64,000 bases of DNA, from positions 11,470,001 to 11,534,000 of the forward strand of contig OU015566.1 of the NCBI GenBank assembly GCA_907165135.1. Reading direction: 5' to 3'. Made by a program: the position numbers and the translations under genes. This DNA is from Oikopleura dioica. Its lineage: Eukaryota; Animalia; Chordata. Under the pieces are notes generated by a model that saw only the letters and a list, made by a program, of their open reading frames with translations, had not been told where the DNA came from and made no database searches. The first letter of the stretch is position 1; each line of letters begins with the position of its first letter. Shown here piece by piece: positions 11,924-22,434 of the stretch.

Positions 11924-14155
11924 ATGAAAATGCAAAAAGCTGAATTAATCGGATTCGAATTCGACGGGGATGAAAGCACAAGAGAATGTCGCGCAGGTAC
12001 TCAAACTTAAGTGTATGATAATTGTAATAATTGCAGCAATTGCAAATTGCAATATCAGCCTGTTGATCCATTCAGGCTGAAATCACTCGAGAGTATATAA
12101 CTAGGCTTCATTTTTTACCTCAGTGAACACTCCGGGACACTTCAAAAGTACCCGATGATGTTCCCCCTTATTGAGCTTTTGCCGTGCTTCCGGTTCTTTT
12201 ATCGGATCATTCAGAGATTGTGGGGTAAATCTTGATATATTTTCTATATGATTATAGTCGACAGGGTTTCAAATAAATATGAGGTTTCGGACAAGGATCT
12301 AACTAAGAGAAGTCTTTTCTAAACTCTACTAAGAGAGTAAGTTACTGTAAAATCAAGTGGGTGAGGCTCGATTCAAGTAGCTTGAAGGCTTAATAATCTT
12401 AAAAAAACAACCAATATTGACATGTTTTTCATTCAGTCTTCAAAGTTCGATGTCCGCACCAAGGAAAGTACGAAGCAACAGTGGAAGAAAAGGGCACGCA
12501 CATCGAATCTGTGACGACACTCGTAAAGGCTGAAGAAGGCACCTGCATAATCAGTAAGTCCTTTTGAGAACGAAGTGTCGTAATCTGATAGGATATTCGA
12601 GAATCGCCCATGGCGTGTTCAAAAGACAAATAGCTGAGTCGATAAACGCGTAATATTTGCTTCGTTTTCATCCAGAGAGCCTCAGAAACAGTCTGCTAGA
12701 GTCTCGCAGTCTCAGAGACCTTGTTTGAACAACCAAAGTCCGCATAAATGGCAACGGTTATATAGACACAGTAATTTCCTCACTAACAATGGAAAATAAA
12801 ACTTTGCCGACAGCTCTGTAAATTTCAACTTGATTGACCTTTGAGCCATACTTAATGAAAAAAATTCTCTTAGAAGAACTAATAGAAAGACCATCAAGAA
12901 TCAACAAATATATAAGGATATTGATTAAAAATTCTCATTGTTAGGCCAATATTATATTGGCAATATATCCATCCAAGCAAAAAATAGGCATTGAACAAGG
13001 CTGAGAGTAGTCTGATCTTTTAGATAAATTGGAGCCCCAGTGCTGGCGCATCAAATCTCTGAACAGCAACGAGATTTTTCAAATCGAAGTTTCATCGTCC
13101 GCCACTCCCATAACAAGAGAAACGCTTGATGTCACCTTGATCGAAGAGACAATCACAAGAAGATTGCCTCAGACCAATCACAGCGTCAATTCGATGCTTG
13201 GAAATGTGATGATGAATGCCAATAATATTATGCAGTACGCTCAAGTCAACCCGAAGAAAATCAAGGTAGGCCCTCTTTATTTTCTGAAACCAATATTTTC
13301 TTGATAGGCTGAGCCACTAAACGGCGTGCCTGTATCCTTCGACTTCCCCCAGAACCTCGATACTCGGATTGTCCTCCAGCACATCGCTAACACCACCAAC
13401 TATCCCCTCCAGCGTTTCAAATATCTCCACCAAGGAAGAGTCATCAACCAAAAAGCGGGTCCCCTCGATTCAAACGGCATTCCTCAAAATGCAACGATTG
13501 GAATCGTCCCCAATGGACCCCTGCCCCCACGTCCAGCACCGCCAGGAATCGCACAGGTCCAGATGGCGCAGAATATGCCCCACAGACAACTTGGTCAGCG
13601 ATTCAAGCCGTATCAAGGAACACCGCCGTCAAGGAATCTGTTGAAAATCGAGCACAAAAATCCGAGCAATCACAAGGTCAGTAAGCTTCAGTTAGGAAGC
13701 GTGCTTACATGAAGCTTCAGGCATATCAACGATGTCAAATGATGCTGGTTTTCATGCGCAATTTCGAAGCCTGCCTCGATTTCGCGGAGAAAAACTTGGA
13801 CCCAGATGAACGACCCAAGTTCAACGATTGCCTCGAGAGAGTCTCAAATATTCCTCTTGGTACGACATCCTCCCATTTTCTTTTTCTATCATTTCTTTTA
13901 GTAATTGAATTCGGCGATATTCTGATCAAACTTGCCCCACTCGTCCGACGATGGGCAATCTTGCTCTCGAAGCTCTCTGACTTTTGCATGTGCGACCCGA
14001 CGGCGGAGCAAACCAACTTGGAAAAACAACGAAGACTCATTCAGTCGTGCATGGACGCATGTCGATATGCATGGCCCCTTTTTAACCACATGTCCCGGCT
14101 CATCATCCCTCTCCAACAAGAACCCACTCCTCATCGATTCCTCGTCTCTGCATAA
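11924..14155 (+). CDS. BAG6: BAG6-like ubiquitin-like-domain protein (shortened)
   Basis: Six exons in consistent phase. UBL-like segment (LQHIANTTNYPLQRFKYLHQGRVI). C-terminal helical block (KLAPLVRRW...QRRLIQSCMDACRYAWPLFNHMSRLIIPL..P.PHRFLV) resembles the conserved BAG6 central domain. Confidence 0.55.
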
Positions 14156-15200
14156 ATTTACGGTCCCTTGCCTAAATTCAACCCAGTTACTCCAAGCTTT
14201 TACTCCCTTCTTAGAATCTTGACAGGTTCAAAATCTCTGCTCCTCCTTTCTCAACCAGTATATGTGCCAAATTAACCAACTTTTATCCCCTTGTTGGGTA
14301 CTTTTTGATCACGAGACAGCAGCTGCAATGGAAGTCATTGCAGTAAGAGTTTCTTCATAAAGATTTTTGTCATTTTTACTATTTTTGGTACACATCTATA
14401 TCAAAACCCGTTTTTCTGTCAAATCGTTATATGGACCAAGGGTACCAAAAACAGCTGTCTCGCCTTTAAAATAACCAACAAACAAGAAAAAGCCCTTTCT
14501 GAAAGGGCTTTTCAAGAAATGGTCCAGTAAATTTTGAGCTCAAGCTAAATTTTTACTTCAAGTTGAAGGCTTGAACAACAGAAATTTCGAAGTTGAATGA
14601 AAACCAAAACCTGTTGTTTGGTACACATCTCTTTGCAGACAAGGGTACCGCTTTTTCGCTTGGCTCACCAACTTACTGGCTCGTTTTTTGTTCAACCAGA
14701 GCTGAAACGCGTTTAAATTAGTCGTTACCCCTTTTATTTGGAAGATCTCTTTTACATGCAATTATGATTTGAAATCGTAATAGCACAAGGAAAATTGATC
14801 TGCGTTTCAGCGAACTTTCTCTACTATCCGCTCAAATTTAAAACTCCTAGAATTGCCTTTCACAAGGTACTAGGCTCTGATAGACTATTTTAAAGCTTTC
14901 TATCGGACTAAGATTCCCATTCTTTAAAGCCTAAAATTCTGATACTCGAATAAACTCTTTCCAACAGACTTTCTTTCTTTCGTCTGCCAGACGCATTGAT
15001 TGACGCAACGAGAAGGCGTTCTCGACTCAATTTATTACTGAAGACGTGTTTTTCAATCAAGAGGAGCGAAACAACATTCCCTGAAAAATTAATTTATTCG
15101 ATGATCAGGGCGCTCCAAAAAAGGGAGAAAGCGGCGCTGATTGGCCGCGCGCAGAAAGCTGAAAGTAGAAAAGAGCTCCGAGAAGACGACGGCTGTAGAA

Positions 15201-17183
15201 ATGGAAGATCGGAAAATAGAGAATACAAGAAAAAGAAGAATTTTGTCATGGGCACCCTAAATTTGCTCTTTTCCATCTCTTAATTACTCAGTATTTTGTT
15301 ACCGTTAATAATGTTCAGCTAACTCCGAACTATTTGTTGGTAGAAAAAAGCATCAAGAATTAGTGTTGATTGTCTGCAAAGAATTCGTGCAAATCTAGGA
15401 TTATCCGGAGACTATCGACCACTTTCACCGTAGAATAGAACTTGACAAATCCGCCATCTGCAAAATGAACTTTCAAATGAATTATTGATGCGTTTTCCAG
15501 TTTTTTCTTGTCGCCTAGAATGGATTCAACCCTCTTTGGCGTTTTAGGTTAAGCTAGGATCATTTGAATTTTGATTACTAAATCAATAACGGACCCATGA
15601 TCAGCGCGGCATATTGAGGCTAAATACAGAGATTGAAAGCTCCGCTCTCGCCCCCGAGGAAAAATTCTGAAACAGATCGCCGTTACAGGCAGCGTTGCCG
15701 CCATAAAGCTGCAAGAGCTTGTTTCCCGTTTCCAGGAGGAGGCGGAATTTGATGTGAAAATAATAGCGACAGAGAAGGCACTTCATTTCATGAAAGGGTT
15801 GAATTAGCCTGCGATAAAGAGGGCTTGAATTGGCAGTGAGGCAGAAAATCCCTGTCCCGTGGCGAAGATTATTCTTTGCCTCCAAGGCTTTTTCGTTAGA
15901 GAATTTCACTTGAAGAAAAAATTTACACCAGTAGAAAAATAGTTTGTTTTGACGTATCGCTGAATAATGAATGGTACTTATGTCAGCTTATACCATCCTC
16001 AATATCGGTAATCGGCTTTCCTGTCAATGGGAGCACCAGTAACTCCTCATTTAACTCATAAAAAGACGCACGCAAGACTTCAAGTCTGACATTCCTGTCT
16101 TGACTGAAAAAGACGAGTGGCTGTGGTCGAAAAGAGGAGACCCCGTACTGCATATTCAAGTACAGTCTCAATCATTTACTCATTTCTCAGCGCCCTAGAC
16201 TTGAGACTTGTGCTTTTAGAGAAATTGAATAACAGAAGTGTTTTGTTTTAGCTTCGAGATTGGGCTGATCTCTGTCTCGTCGCGCCACTTAGGAAATGGG
16301 GCAATCTTCTTTTCTACCCATTTTGTTATTGGCAGTTTACTGAGCTGCAAATATAATCTAGTTACTTTAGGCTCTTTAGACTAGTCCCTCGAAAGCGCGA
16401 ATTCTCTCGCGAAAGCAGCAAATGGAATTTGCGATAATCTCGTTCTGTGCGTTTTACGAGGAAAAGGATTTAAAATTGACTTGCTTTATTGCCCCTTTTT
16501 TCGATTAAAAGAGTCACGTGCTTTAAAATCCTCTTTGAAGCCTGGGATTTTTGCAAACCAGTTGTCGTCGCCCCAGGGAAGGGATCACTTTCCCCAGAGC
16601 GAAAATTAAAAAAACCCTCGCTCCGCGATGGAGATTTATACATGTTCATTAATCAGTGAAAAACAGAAGTGCACTGTGACCCTTTTGAAAAGCGATGAAC
16701 ACTGCCATGTGGGAAAGGTGGAGACATAGAGGAAAACGCGCTGCGACAAGAATTATATTTTACAAACACGGGTTTCCGCAGCGTTTTGGTAGAAACATCC
16801 GGTTACTGAGGAACATTTGAGGAAACTGGAGAGATGGGAAAAGGGCCTCCATAAAAGATCATCAATCAAGAGACTCATAAAATTTTGCGGGCCCCTGAGA
16901 AAGAGGGAGAGAGTCTGGTCTTTTTGAAATGTAGAGAAAAAGTCTTGTTTTGCCTTATGTTTATGGAGCGTCCCAAAAAGGGTTACAAAATTATTCATCC
17001 GATTACGAAGACACTAATCTGCGGCGATGTAGGAATCGGTGCCATGGAAGGCAAAAGGCTTCAAAGTCCCCTTACTTCAATTTTCCTCGCTAAAATTATC
17101 GATTTTCAGCTTTGAACCCTTATCTCGCAGAAGTCTCCAAAATTGTGGGCGTTGTTCGCGAGTTGACAGCGCTAATGGAATAA
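15201..17183 (+). CDS. PPCDC: Phosphopantothenoylcysteine decarboxylase (HFCD flavoprotein)
   Basis: Motifs in order: IAVTGSVAAIK, DEWLWSKRGDPVLHIQLRDWADLCLVAPLSANSLAK, PAMNTAMWKHP, LICGDVGIGAM. They join only if introns 4-9 use GA/GG/GC donors. The exon-1 junction (MEDRKIENTRKRRIL) is unresolved. Confidence 0.9.
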
Positions 17184-17472
17184 AAAGAAAAATGATTATT
17201 TATGAGACTAAATGATTTATCGATTTTCAAAGCTTCAATTTGCAATTATATTAGTCTAATTCTTCTATTTATTTTCTGTAGGTTTAACTTTGATGATAGT
17301 CTATCCAAGCTTATCCTTCTTTTGTACTGACTCTTAGTAGCTTCTTTGCTCTCAGGCGCGTTCAATAAGAATGTATAATTAATAGGCCTTGTAAGAGCAA
17401 TAAGAGAAAAGTTCAATTGTTGGTACTCCCCTAAGATTGGCTCTAAAACTATCAATTTCTATCTTTTTCAGA

Positions 17473-18481
17473 ATGAAAAGAGGAAGTTTACTCGTGTCAC
17501 TTGCCTTTGCATACCCGAAGATTTCAGAAGAGATTCTTGGTGCTAGATTTTCATCGAATGGCTTGTGGCCTGACAAATCTTGGCGATCGAAAACGGGCGA
17601 AAAAGGGTTGAACTATCTTGACGGCTACTGGGATATTCAAAAAGTCGATATAGATGATGTAAGTACCAGAATTTTGAAAGAATTCTATACTACGCGCAAC
17701 AGATAGCAAATCTGCTCATTCTTCATTATGATTGGCTCGCTGCGATTTTTTGATATCCTCAGCGAATCAGAATGAAGGATGAGCAGATTCACTATTCGAT
17801 AACCATGCTGTAGAATTTTTTTTGAAAAATTTAAACTTCAATTCAAACTTTAGATTCTACCTTCGCACACAACCATGATAAATGACGAAATCGAGCACAT
17901 TTGCGTGAACAAAACATCCCGTTCCGCCGCTAACTTGCCTTCAAAATCAATAATGCTCTCCGACATCTGGCGATTTGACTCGCTGGACAACGTCCACATC
18001 GGTCTCGAAGCCGACATCCCAATAAAGGGGCCGGAAGAGATCGGAGAAGAGCTCTGGAATAACTACACGATCTCGGTTTATTCATCCGATTGCGCGTTGA
18101 ATAGAAGGTATTGGAGTCAACAGAGCTTCACGACGCTGAAGAAACCCGACGGCTCGAGGAATATTCAATTTATTGTCAGATCTGATGGCGGCCGTTGCCA
18201 AGTAAGAACTAAAAATGAGTCTTCTTCTGTTATAACCGATTCTTCAGCTAGTGGTGCCGATGGCATCCGAAAAAGACGTTTACCTGCCGAATTCTTTGAA
18301 CGCGATCACTGCTCAAATTTACTCAACCTTCGGCGTTCTCTTCATCATCCTCTGCATCTCCTCGATCATCATTTCGCTGCTCTTTTGCAAGACGAAAAAG
18401 CAGGAAGAGCGAAATCCGCACGATCCGAAAACCGAAGAGGAAACGATGGCCTTTACTCCTATGCCGACGATACCCGAGTAG
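17473..18481 (+). CDS. Type I membrane protein of unknown family
   Basis: Three GT-AG-joined exons: signal-like N-terminus MKRGSLLVSLAFA, Cys-containing ectodomain, TM segment FGVLFIILCISSIIISLLFC followed by KTKK. Confidence 0.7.
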
Positions 18482-18881
18482 TAGCTTCTATTTTTCTTTT
18501 TTTATCTATCATAAACTGCTAGAAGTTCAACTTTCTTCATTTTTTTTACAAATTTATGATCTTAAAACTTAAATATCTGGCATAAAAATCTTTAGCGAAT
18601 CGCTTTCCCGGATCGATAATTTGAACCAATCAAAATTGGGCTCCTCCGTAGGCGTGGACTGACCCCTTAAAAACTCTGAAACTTTCTTCTTATAATTTCG
18701 CTCGTTACAACTTTCACAGCCCTAAAAATCACTATTTTTCGACCCATTTCTCCTTTTTTCCTGCTCTTTTCTTATTGTAAATATGTCTGATACTCAACTC
18801 TTCTATTCAAAAAGCAATAAAAATGTATATTCAAAACTCTCGAGATGAAGACTTGCTTTAGTTGTTTTGATTCGGACTGAA

Positions 18882-21800
18882 ATGAAGGACTTGGAGTTTG
18901 AGGTGAAAGAGAAGGTTCTCTGCTATGAGCCTGACAAGGACAAAGAAAAGATTCTTTATGATGCGACAATTGTGGAGATTAGAAAGAAGTCGGATTCTCC
19001 GGGATTTCAGTAAGTCATATTTAATCAATTCACTTTGAAGAACCGCAGTAGATTTTAAATGGGGCTTTTTATGCGTGAATTTCTTTAAATTGAATAATTT
19101 CGTGGTCGCAAAGAATCCTTTCATCCCATCTTAATTTCTTTTATGAGAATTCTCATCGCAGAATAATTCATCTGTTCTCGATGCGATCATTTTCGGCCTC
19201 GCCATCATCAATTTATGACGGCTTAACCTTAAACACGACCAATACGAGAGACGAGCCCAGGGCTGAGTTTAGCCCGTTTCTGTTTTGGGCCTCAGGGGAG
19301 TACTCCTGCTCGTCTCGTAGATATACTTACTGACCCGGCGAAATAAAAAAAAAACACTTAAAAATGACGTGTTCCGAGAAAGAGAAGCAAAAGAGAAGAA
19401 CTTCTTGTCTGAATTTGACGATTTTACGTTTTTCAGGTACATGATCCATTTCAAAGAATGGTCAAAATCCTTCGACAGATGGGTCGACAAGAACCTCCTT
19501 TTAAAAGTGACGCCAGAGAATAAGAAGATCCAGCGAGATTTGTTCATCAAAATTATTAAAGAAAATGGCGACAGGGACGGGTTCAAAAGTGTTTTTCTTT
19601 GAAATTTCTAAAATAAGGGCCCTTTCTTGGTCTTATACTTTGAAGAGCGTCAAGAATACCTTTCTTCCTTTGATGACATCCTAAATCTATCAATCGTTTC
19701 TCTAAAGTCTTTCTTCCTCAATTTGCTTGCGCTTCATCTTTTCTTTCATCTGAGAACTAAAAAGACGCTTCTTTAGCACTTTTTCATCCTTATCAGTTGT
19801 TTTTCTTTCCACTACCTTTTTCACAGGGATGAACTTGACTGAAGAGGAGATTCATTTTAAACCCGACGAAAAGAGCACTGAAGCACGTTCCCGGCATGAG
19901 AAAGATCAAGAAAGAACTCGAAGCTGAAGAAAAAATGCGAAATTCGTCGAACGGAAATTTGCGATCTTCCCGGAAACGAGCCCCTTCTACCAGTCAGTCA
20001 GAAATGTCATCCAATGACGATGTGAGACATCCCTTGCGTTTTCCCTAAAGAAATTCGAGTTTCACTGACATTTTAGACGCCGGAAGAAGAATTTGACAAT
20101 ACGGGAATTCCCGAAATCGCTCTCTCGGATCGCCTAATCTACCTGCTGGAGAATGACCACATTAAAGTAGAGAAAAAGAGGCGGCTGCTTAAATTGCCTG
20201 GTAGCATACTGGCGCTAATTATAATGTTTCGATTAAATAATCGCTTTAGCTTCCATGAACGTAGTCCAAATCCTGGAAAACTACGTTCGCCACTACGCCG
20301 CCAACCTAGAGAATACGCCTCATGTCGTCGCCGATCACAGAAGCGACACGCACCTGATCGACAGGGACCAGTACCACTTAGAGTTGGTGATGGAGATTGT
20401 CGATGATATGAGGATTTTGTTCGACCATGTTTTGGAGAGTTTGCTGCTTTACTCGGCGGAGAAGTCGCAGTGCAAGAGATTGATGGAAAATGCCACGATT
20501 GGGAATAATTCTAGCCGTAAGTTACTACCATTTTCTGCATCAACAGATGTCTGAGAATTTGTGATAGACAGTGAATATGTCTGCTAGACCGAATCAAAGA
20601 GTTTGTGTTTCAATTTTGAGTTCCAAAAAAGTAATTCTCCGGGAGGGCCTCAAAATGGACTAACCAAGGGTGGATTTTACAATTTGCGAAAAAGCTAATT
20701 GCTCAATAAACTTATTTTTTTCAGAAAATCAATCGCCCGAGCCGCCAAAATCAGAGGAGAAGGTGTTTCAGCAGCCATCAACTTCGCAAAAGAAAAGACC
20801 CAGAACTGCGGATGGTAAGTCTACTAGAATAAGTAGCTAGTTCTAGAGCCGCGTCATCAGGCCCGATGGCTTAGTTGGTTAAAGCGCCTGACTAGTAATC
20901 AGGAGATCCCGAGTTCAAATCTCGGTCGGGCCTTTTGCTTTTTGCTCAAAAAAAGTGCTTCCCGAATCAGCATTTTTAACATACACTGATGATTTTTTCC
21001 TAGCAATGGGTGATGATAACGAAGGTAAAACAGAAATCCACCTTGTTTTTCATTATTTTAATCCTCACGTTTTCATCCGTCATTTTAGATTATAATTCAT
21101 TTTTAATTGCATGCTGTTTTATTTGAATTGAATTCGCCACTTGAATTTCCATTTGCTCACATCTTCACCCGTCAATTCAGCGTTGTATTTCACCTTGAAT
21201 CTTAAATTTAGCTCAAACCGTCGAGTACACGAAAAAATGGCTCATCCGAGGAGAAGATTTAGGAAAAACAGGGATCATCAAGGACGACGATGGAACCAGA
21301 AGATCATCGAGAAATTACACTGTCCTTCAAGTGAGTGTTTCTTATGTCACTTCTTCGCGTCAGAAGACATGGGCAGGGGGTGATTAGATTGAGTATAATA
21401 GCCCGTCGTCAATCACTGTTTTGTTGTCAATAATTTAACCTAACATAAATCACTAGTCGAAGGGCACGCGTGGAATTCCAACTCCTCAAAAGGCTACCAA
21501 AGCTCAAGGTAACTTTTATCCAAGGAAAAAAGTTTCTCATCTGATTTTAGCAGAGAAAGAAGAAAAGCCGAAGAAAGAAGCTGAAAAGCGAGTTACTCGA
21601 CGGCAACAACTCAGTACTGACTGTTGCATCGATTTGAACCCAAAGATTTTCGTTCGAAGAACTAGTATCACAACAGGAAACAAAAAGAAAGGTAGGTTCT
21701 GCTCTAAAAACTCTTTTTGTAAAGAAACTCTTCTTATTCTCTCTGTGATTATTAGGTTTAGACTCGTCCAAAGCTGGAACTCCGGACACGATCAAATCTG

Positions 21801-22208
21801 ACCAATCTGATCGGGCAAATGATTTGGATTCCCCGCTCAATATGATAGAGCACTTGTCTCCGAACCAGTTTAGCGACGCGAACGAAATTCGCAAAACTAT
21901 GTCTCTCTCGAACATCTGGAAGGTCCGTCATTTTTCTGGAATCATCTCTTTATAACTTTTTTTCTTAGTGGCGAATGCTTCCAATCGGTTACAAACCGCC
22001 AGTCGTACCGCCAAGCTTGATTTATGGAGCGCAGCATCTACTCCGCCTCTTTGTCGTTATTCCTGATCTTCTTCGAAAAATGCGCTTGAAACGAAATCGC
22101 AGGGAACTTCTTACAGACGTCCTCAATGGACTGATAAATTTTCTCGAAGCGTACGACCAGGATCTTTTCCAGGAAGTAGCATACGAACTGGTAGCAATCG
22201 ATCAATAG
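18882..22208 (+). CDS. MSL3: Male-specific lethal 3 homolog (chromo-barrel plus MRG domain)
   Basis: EKVLCYEPD..K.KILYDA.IV and YMIHFKEWSKSFDRW match the MSL3 chromo-barrel rather than MRG15. The MRG domain reads NVVQILENYVRHY, DMRILFDHVL.SLLLY, PSLIYGAQHLLRLFV. Confidence 0.88.
20860..20933 (+). tRNA. trnT-AGT: tRNA-Thr(AGT), inside an MSL3 intron
   Basis: Cloverleaf GGCCCGA...TCGGGCC, anticodon arm CCTGA-CTAGTAA-TCAGG, T-loop GTTCAAAT, followed by a T-run. Confidence 0.95.
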
Positions 22209-22434
22209 TAGTTCCTCCCTTCTGACCCACGAACGAGCTATATTCTTACCCAATTTATGTGAAATTAATCCACTGCCCTTATCAACCTTTTTACTATTTC
22301 TCAATGTGACTGAAATGAACAAGCGCCAATTATTCTTTCGTCTGACATCTTTAACTTCTATTTATATAAATGGAGCGTTTTTTAAGCGAGGGACATATCC
22401 ATAGATCTTTCAGTAACAGTTCTATCGTTTTTAG

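Noticed and set aside
12946-12962. Inverted CCAAT palindrome GCCAATATTATATTGGC in a BAG6 intron
   Set aside because: It is short and AT-rich, with no supporting context.
14488-14512. Palindrome AAAAGCCCTTTC-T-GAAAGGGCTTTT resembling a bacterial terminator or histone stem-loop
   Set aside because: The context is eukaryotic, it does not match the histone stem-loop consensus, and no histone gene is nearby. It is a single occurrence.
15201-15675. Possible TC-AG first intron in PPCDC (RRIL|IAVTG)
   Set aside because: The join is attractive at the protein level, but no GT or G-N donor gives the right phase. It could be an unseen micro-exon or a sequence variant, so I did not count it as a non-canonical intron.
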